In this document: positions 58,447 through 64,000 of the stretch, piece by piece
Position numbering within the stretch: the stretch's first letter is position 1
Layout of the letters: each line of letters starts with the position of its first letter
Assembly (NCBI GenBank): GCA_965200965.1
Contig: OZ241744.1
Span: 192,001 to 256,000, forward strand
DNA length: 64,000 nucleotides
Source of the DNA: an uncultured Candidatus Binatia bacterium
Lineage (GTDB): Bacteria > Desulfobacterota > Binatia > Bin18
Direction of reading: 5' to 3'
Position numbers and translations under genes: made by a program
The notes under the pieces: generated by a model
What the model was told of the DNA's origin: nothing
The model's input: only the letters and a program-made list of their open reading frames with translations
Databases searched by the model: none

Positions 58447-59539
58447 CAAACACCCCCTTGAACATCGCAGTGGCGGTGGAAAACCGGGACCGAACTTGCC
58501 GAGAAGAATTTGGGCCATATGTGATGGCTTTTACAAACTCCTCGTGGTCGTCCATCAGCGAGTAGAATGCGTTTCTGAGGGCCTCTGCGTGAGACTTGAC
58601 TATCTCTTCCGGGTATCGTGACAACCCGGTTGACATCACGTCCCAAAGCGAGGCGTTCAGAACACTCCGTTTATCTTGTCTGTTTTGGTGTTTCCTGAAC
58701 GCATGACGGTCGAAGATTTCGTAGTTATTTGCGAGACTTCTCCGAAACTCATCCGACAGGTGCGACAGAGCACTCTGATTCAGAGTGTTCATTTTCTTGA
58801 GCGCTTGCGCGAGAAAATCGTCCATGTCCCCTTTGTATTCTTCGACAGGAAGGAGCTGGAATGCACAAAATCTGTTGACGAATTCACGGTCACGCATCGT
58901 TTGTCTGTTCAGGCTACGGCCTGTAGCTTGCGAGAAAATTTCTGTGGTCGTCTCGGTTTTGAGGAAACGAGTCGCCTGACCCATGTACAGGCTATTACGC
59001 ATTTGCTGCCGGCTAAGGGGAATTCCACCGTTCACACGCTCAAAAATGTCCAAGCGGGCCCGGTCCGGTACCTTGGCATCCATAATGTAGAAGATCAGAT
59101 TGCAATCCTCGATACGGTTTTGGAGCCTGGGCGATAGATCACGAAATTGCTTGTTGTTTAGTTCATTCTTGCTAGGAATTGATAGGCGTAACTCGTCATC
59201 GACGAAGCGCTTGAAGGTGAACAGGCGTTGTAAACCGTCTACGACTACCATTCGCCCTTGGTCGTCCTCTGCCAAATAGAAAACCGGCAGGGGAATACGC
59301 ATCAACACGGACTCAATGAGCTTGATCTGTTTGTCTTCCGGCCAGATAAAGTCTCGTTGAAATTCCGGGTCCATGATGTAAGCGCCTTGCCCAATTCTTC
59401 GCATAACATCGTAAATTGTGCGATTTTCCTGACGGATTAACACCGTGTCTATCGGATAATCGGAGTCCTCCGGCGAAACGTCATCCTTATCGCCAAGACC
59501 CTCGGGTTCCTCTGGAGTAATATCGGGTTGTTCAGTCAT
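58430..59539 (-). CDS. DUF262 (ParB-like) protein (Menshen NsnA-like)
   Basis: PEFQRDFIW, LIES.LMRIP, VDGLQRL and FERVN.G motifs. Confidence 0.9.
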   Translation of the reverse strand: MTEQPDITPEEPEGLGDKDDVSPEDSDYPIDTVLIRQENRTIYDVMRRIGQGAYIMDPEFQRDFIWPEDKQIKLIESVLMRIPLPVFYLAEDDQGRMVVVDGLQRLFTFKRFVDDELRLSIPSKNELNNKQFRDLSPRLQNRIEDCNLIFYIMDAKVPDRARLDIFERVNGGIPLSRQQMRNSLYMGQATRFLKTETTTEIFSQATGRSLNRQTMRDREFVNRFCAFQLLPVEEYKGDMDDFLAQALKKMNTLNQSALSHLSDEFRRSLANNYEIFDRHAFRKHQNRQDKRSVLNASLWDVMSTGLSRYPEEIVKSHAEALRNAFYSLMDDHEEFVKAITYGPNSSRQVRSRFSTATAMFKGVFGAYPA

Positions 59540-59592
59540 TTTTCGGTCCTTTCTCGAGCTTCCTGCATAATAGATGCCTTTGGATTCTCCCG

Positions 59593-60069
59593 CTACCCCT
59601 GCCACCGATTCCTCTTCTCCGTCATAGCAGCTTCCATATGATGGGCTTTGCGTAAGGCTGGCAGTATCGGTCCCGGGTTGGCCACGATCGCGCCACCCGG
59701 GGTTGCAGGCGACCCCGGCAGCCCGCTGCCAGCCTCCTCACGCAGGCGCTCAATCAGGCTGACCGCCTGTGCGGTGCGACCGTTGGCCAGCAGGGCCAGG
59801 GCGAGCAAACGTAAGCCGCGCGGGGTGGCCTGAAGCTGACAGGCAGCCTCGGCCCAGGCCAGGGCTTCGGCAGCCCGGTCTCCGTCACACAGGGCTTGGC
59901 GTGCCTGTTCACGGAACTGCCAGGCTCGTGCCGCCAAGCGCATGAGCGGGTCCAGATCGGTCCCACACCGGGCGCAGACAGCCGTCCCGCGCCACGCCGC
60001 CCGGCAGGTCGGGCAGTGCGCCTCTGGCAGTGATGAACGCTGAACAGGTGAGGGCGTGGGGTCTGACAT
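59593..60069 (-). CDS. Zinc-ribbon plus TPR-like helical protein
   Basis: CPTC...CARCGTDL followed by Ala/Leu-rich helical repeats; follows Hsp70. Confidence 0.7.
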   Translation of the reverse strand: MSDPTPSPVQRSSLPEAHCPTCRAAWRGTAVCARCGTDLDPLMRLAARAWQFREQARQALCDGDRAAEALAWAEAACQLQATPRGLRLLALALLANGRTAQAVSLIERLREEAGSGLPGSPATPGGAIVANPGPILPALRKAHHMEAAMTEKRNRWQG

Positions 60070-60076
60070 GACGGGG

Positions 60077-61945
60077 CTAGGCTTCTTCAACATAAAACAC
60101 CAGATCGGTGAGCTGGACGGTGGCCATGTGGAGGTGATTCCAATCCTGCATCCTCAGCGCCTCCTCAATCTGTTGGTGCAGCCCGAGCGCCTCGTGTCGG
60201 TCTTCGGGCGTCATGCTGTCCAGCAGCCGACGGCTGCGCTCTAACAGGCGGCCGGCGGCAAACACCTGTTGGCGCAGCGCTTGGTTTTCGTGGTCCTGGG
60301 CGGTTTCTGGAAACGGGAACGATGGTCTTGTTTGGCCTTGGTGGTTATTATCGTTCGCCTGTGTCGCCGGCTCAGTCTGGCCGGAAGGCGTCCCCTCCTG
60401 CTCGAAGGCTTCGACCGCAGCGGCGCGGTCTTGGGCTAAGACCGCGTGCATACGCTGGCGGGCCCGGGCCAGCTCTTCGGCCGACATGGCGGTCGTCGCA
60501 CCCTCAATCGTAATGTGCCGGGCCAAGCCGGTGCGCTTCTCAATCGCGGTGACTTTCAGAATCCCGTCCAGATCAAGCTCCATACGACACAGCACCTCAT
60601 TGCCGGCCGGCACGCGGGACAGCCCTTCCATGCAGAAGCGACCGACCAAAATGTTGTTTAAGGCGTCCGGGTCGTCGCCCTGATAGACCGACACCTGCCA
60701 GTCAGTTTGCTCGTCAAGCATCGTGTGATAGGAGTCGGTGCGGCTGACCGGCAGGGGAGTGTTGCGCCGGATAATCGGGTGGTAGCAGTGTTCATACGGC
60801 CGGCCGTCAAGCACACCGAGGTGCGACGGACCAAAAGAGTAGGGCGAGATATCGACCAGAATCCGATCTATATTGTGGCCGGCGAGGCGGGCACCTAACA
60901 CACCAGCCCCAAAGGCGACACACAGCTCGGGCTGGAGGTCCTGGTGGGGGACGAGGCCGGTCTTGTCCTCGATCAGCTGGGCTGCCAGCGGCGTGCGGCT
61001 CGCGCCACCGACGAGCAGCACCTCGTCAATCTGCTCTGGCTGCTTCCCCGCGTCGCTCAGCGCCCGGTACACGCTGTCCAGGGTGGTTTCCAGCAGAGGC
61101 TGGATCAGCCCTTCGTACTCCGCCCGGGAAATTTCCACATCAAGGTGGACCGGGACGCCGTTGCGTTCGGCCAGGTGCTCTTCCCGAATGTAGGCGTAGG
61201 GCGCAAAGCTCAGGCGTTGTTTGGCCTCCTCAACCGTATACAACAGGCGGGTCATGGCGGTGGGGTCGGCTCGCAGGTCTGGGCCGCCCGACTCGACAAA
61301 CCGGTCGTGGACCCAGTCCAACAAGCGCTGGTCAAAATCATCGCCACCCAGATGGTTGTTGCCGTGGGTGGCGATGACCTCGGTGATCTCGTCCTGGACC
61401 TGAACCAGAGACACATCAAACGTCCCGCCGCCCAAGTCATAAATCAGGACCGTGCGGTCTCCCCGCCGGTCGGTGCCATAGGCCAGGGCTGCGGCGGTCG
61501 GTTCATTCAGGAGGCGGACGACATCGAGACCGGCGATGTGGCCGGCGTCGCGGGTGGCCTGGCGTTGAGCGTCGGAGAAATAGGCCGGCACGGTGATAAC
61601 CGCCCGGGAGAGTGACCGGCCCAGGACTGTCTCGGCGCGTGTTTTGAGGCCGTGCAGGATCAGGGCTGAGATTTCCGGCGGGGTATAGCTGTGCTGGCCC
61701 AGTACGAGTAGTTGGGTGGAGCCCATCAGGCGTTTGACCGATTTCACCGTCCGGTCTGGATAGAGGGGGTATTGATTCCGGGCCGGGCTGCCGACCAGGA
61801 CCCGGTTGTCTGGGGCGAGGCCGACGACTGAGGGCATGATCCGCTCGCCATTGACGGCCAACACCTGGACCTTGTCGCCGACAATGGCCGCGACCTCGGA
61901 GTTGGTCGTGCCCAGGTCAATGCCGAGGATAATGTCGTGTGTCAT
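60077..61945 (-). CDS. Accessory Hsp70 (DnaK-like) chaperone
   Basis: GIDLGTTNS, TVPAYF, NEPTAAA, DLGGGTFD and LVGGASR motifs; divergent substrate-binding region. Confidence 0.95.
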   Translation of the reverse strand: MTHDIILGIDLGTTNSEVAAIVGDKVQVLAVNGERIMPSVVGLAPDNRVLVGSPARNQYPLYPDRTVKSVKRLMGSTQLLVLGQHSYTPPEISALILHGLKTRAETVLGRSLSRAVITVPAYFSDAQRQATRDAGHIAGLDVVRLLNEPTAAALAYGTDRRGDRTVLIYDLGGGTFDVSLVQVQDEITEVIATHGNNHLGGDDFDQRLLDWVHDRFVESGGPDLRADPTAMTRLLYTVEEAKQRLSFAPYAYIREEHLAERNGVPVHLDVEISRAEYEGLIQPLLETTLDSVYRALSDAGKQPEQIDEVLLVGGASRTPLAAQLIEDKTGLVPHQDLQPELCVAFGAGVLGARLAGHNIDRILVDISPYSFGPSHLGVLDGRPYEHCYHPIIRRNTPLPVSRTDSYHTMLDEQTDWQVSVYQGDDPDALNNILVGRFCMEGLSRVPAGNEVLCRMELDLDGILKVTAIEKRTGLARHITIEGATTAMSAEELARARQRMHAVLAQDRAAAVEAFEQEGTPSGQTEPATQANDNNHQGQTRPSFPFPETAQDHENQALRQQVFAAGRLLERSRRLLDSMTPEDRHEALGLHQQIEEALRMQDWNHLHMATVQLTDLVFYVEEA

Positions 61946-62675
61946 AGTCCTTGTCAGCGTCTTTCTCCGCGGTTTCTCCTGTCCCACTCCTCGCGACCTG
62001 GACCTCGGCAAAACGCAGGACTTGGCCGTTACAGGTGTAGCCGGGACGGATGACTGTGAGCACCGTGCCGGAGGCTGCGGCGGTAGTGTGACTGACCGCG
62101 GCCACCCGCATCAGATTAGGATTGAACGCCGCGTTGAGACACCTGATCTCGTACACATCCAGCCGTCGCAGCAGATCGTCGAGCCGTTCCTGGGCCAGCT
62201 GTGTGCCTTTGACGAGGGCTTCAAGCACCGGACGTTGGCCGAGCCGGGCGCGCAGCCCGCGGAGGCTGGCGAGCCGCCGCTCGGCCTCGGCCAGATTGCG
62301 GCTCAGGTGGTCGCGGACCTCAAGCAATTCGGAGACGAGTTCGGTACGCGCCTCGCGCCGTGCCCGGCCCAGTTGGCGGACCAAGTCCTGGCCGGCGGCC
62401 GCCGGCTCGCCGTGGGTGGTCGGCCCGGTCAGTCTGTCCAGGGCTTGGCCGAGTTCGGCGTGTAGCCGGTTGGTAGCCCGGCCTTGCAGTTGGGTTTCGC
62501 GGGTCAGCGCGCTTAACTGTCCGAGCACGGAAAACAGGTCGGGGGCTGGATCAGGCGAGGCCATACTGTCGGGGGCCAAGCCCGGGGGGGCTGGCTCTGC
62601 CCGGTCGAGCTCGTCAAGCCAGGCGTGAACGGTTTCAATGAGGCGCTGGCGACGGTCTGGAGCGCATCCGCTCAT
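61917..62675 (-). CDS. grpE: GrpE-like nucleotide exchange factor
   Basis: LLEVRDHL, FNPNLM and GTVLTVIRPGY...GQVLRFAEVQV motifs. Confidence 0.85.
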   Translation of the reverse strand: MSGCAPDRRQRLIETVHAWLDELDRAEPAPPGLAPDSMASPDPAPDLFSVLGQLSALTRETQLQGRATNRLHAELGQALDRLTGPTTHGEPAAAGQDLVRQLGRARREARTELVSELLEVRDHLSRNLAEAERRLASLRGLRARLGQRPVLEALVKGTQLAQERLDDLLRRLDVYEIRCLNAAFNPNLMRVAAVSHTTAAASGTVLTVIRPGYTCNGQVLRFAEVQVARSGTGETAEKDADKDYDTRHYPRH

Positions 62676-64000
62676 CGTCCTGACTCCCGCAGGATATGCA
62701 GCCACGGCCCCGGGCCGACGTGCCGGCGTTCGTCCGGCATGAGAGCAAGCAGGTCCTCAACCCGGGCCAGTGGAGGCGGACCGAACAGGCGAGAGGCGAG
62801 CCGTTTGTCGGCATCCTGAATCGCCTCATACGCCTCCCGAATCTGGGCAAAGCCCCGCGGGTCTCGGTCCGGCGGAGAGCGTCTGAGCGCACGGAGATAG
62901 GCTGCCCGAACGGTCTCATCGTCGGCGCTGTCTTCAATATCGAGAACGGTAAAAGGGCTGAGCAGAGGCGTACTTTCCAGCGCAAGCGGGGAGAAAGCCC
63001 AAGGCAGGGCCTGGTGTGGCGCGGCCGGCTTGTGGGTGAACATCTGGCCGGGTCGGTGGGCCTGCAAGCACGGCGGCCTCGGGTGGCGGCGTTCGACCTC
63101 AAGCGTCAGGTCTATTTGCGCTTGGCTGGGCGGCCGCTTATCGTGCCGGCCGCCGGGTGCCAAGGCACCCAGGGCCAGTGCGGCCTGGCCGGCCACCTCC
63201 CCGTCCTGGGCTTGGCTGGCCAGCTCACGCGCCGCCCGCAGGCAGTTACGCGCGCGGCTTTGGTGAGGCTGGGCGAGCGAACCGCTCAGGCTTTGGCCGC
63301 GGGTCAGCAGAAAATGGCGCAGGTGAGGTTCTGGGGAGTCCAGCCCGTGACCGGCAGCGATATAGGTCAGGGCTGGCCGGCCGATGGCCAAGCCGCCGTA
63401 ACACAGGGCGTGCAGCTGAGCCACTGAGGCCCTATCCAGGTTTTTTTCAACTTGGCTGACAAAGCTGTCGGGTACGGCTAGTCGACGCTCCAACGCGCCA
63501 AACAGGGCGCAGACCCGCGCCAGCCCCTCGACCGCCTGTGGGGGCGAGACCCTGGCTGAGCACTGGGGCCGAGACACTTGGGTAATCTCACTCACCGCGG
63601 CGAGGATCAGGGCGTGCAGGGCCGGATTATTCACCGCGCCGGCTAGGGTTCGGGCCAGCGCTTGGGCGGCAGCGGTATCAGCCCTCTTGTGGGCCAGCGC
63701 CCAGTTGAGGGCCAGCAGATAGGCTCTGATATCGCCGTCGTTGGCCCGTGGCTCTTGGGCCAAGCGTTCCAGATCGGCTAGGGCCAGCCCGGATTTAGCG
63801 TCCTGAATCCGCCGCTCGGCGCTGGATAACAGGAGCCGAAACCGGCTGTGCTGCAGCTGGGGGTGGAGGCGATTGAGGGCTTCCGCTTTAGCCACAAAAC
63901 CGAGCGCTTTGCGGAGCGCGCCCCGCTTTTCCGCGGCCGCAATCAGGTAGAGCAGGGGCTCAAGGTCGTGCGGATAGGCGGCGTGCCAGACCTCGGCTTC
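62672..64000 (-). CDS. TPR-like helical protein with a C-terminal atypical J-domain (5'-partial)
   Basis: Frame open to the window edge. C-terminal PFTVLDI...VRAAYLRALRRSPPDRDP..FAQIREAYE is a J-domain lacking canonical HPD. ATGA overlap with grpE. Confidence 0.78.
   Translation of the reverse strand, partial: EAEVWHAAYPHDLEPLLYLIAAAEKRGALRKALGFVAKAEALNRLHPQLQHSRFRLLLSSAERRIQDAKSGLALADLERLAQEPRANDGDIRAYLLALNWALAHKRADTAAAQALARTLAGAVNNPALHALILAAVSEITQVSRPQCSARVSPPQAVEGLARVCALFGALERRLAVPDSFVSQVEKNLDRASVAQLHALCYGGLAIGRPALTYIAAGHGLDSPEPHLRHFLLTRGQSLSGSLAQPHQSRARNCLRAARELASQAQDGEVAGQAALALGALAPGGRHDKRPPSQAQIDLTLEVERRHPRPPCLQAHRPGQMFTHKPAAPHQALPWAFSPLALESTPLLSPFTVLDIEDSADDETVRAAYLRALRRSPPDRDPRGFAQIREAYEAIQDADKRLASRLFGPPPLARVEDLLALMPDERRHVGPGPWLHILRESGR

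Overview
A GC-rich bacterial chromosome segment. The gene set (F420 biosynthesis, LLM oxidoreductase, cdaA-cdaR-glmM after ftsH, eukaryote-like LRR surface protein) suggests a deltaproteobacterial or Binatia-like organism, possibly host-associated; this is inference only. Order from left to right: CcdA-TlpA fusion (partial), DUF1820, carboxyltransferase, MBL hydrolase, GPH-type MFS, OsmC, PhaE-like/PhaC PHA synthase, ATP-grasp/alpha-E plus transglutaminase, a 1.2-kaa secreted LRR protein whose start is separated from its signal peptide by an out-of-frame G15 tract, a histidine phosphatase plus tandem APH kinases, cofG-cofH-cofD-cofE, tRNA-Met, a core block (tilS-ftsH-cdaA-cdaR-glmM-nnr-tsaE-lysC-cimA-DedA-LysM/M23-apt), and miscellaneous metabolic genes. 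A hydantoinase/oxoprolinase A/B pair is split by a carbonic anhydrase and by a 2.8-kb insert bounded by 54-bp direct repeats (HicB-like fusion, SHOCT membrane protein, His-rich repeat protein). The right end holds a defence-island-like block: an accessory TPR/J-domain-GrpE-Hsp70-Zn-ribbon/TPR operon directly upstream of a Menshen-like DUF262/AAA/effector operon. This Hsp70 module is my best candidate for an undescribed system. Four separate reading frames are each one base short, so some apparent frameshifts may be sequencing errors. All family calls come from motif recognition by eye; no searches were run.
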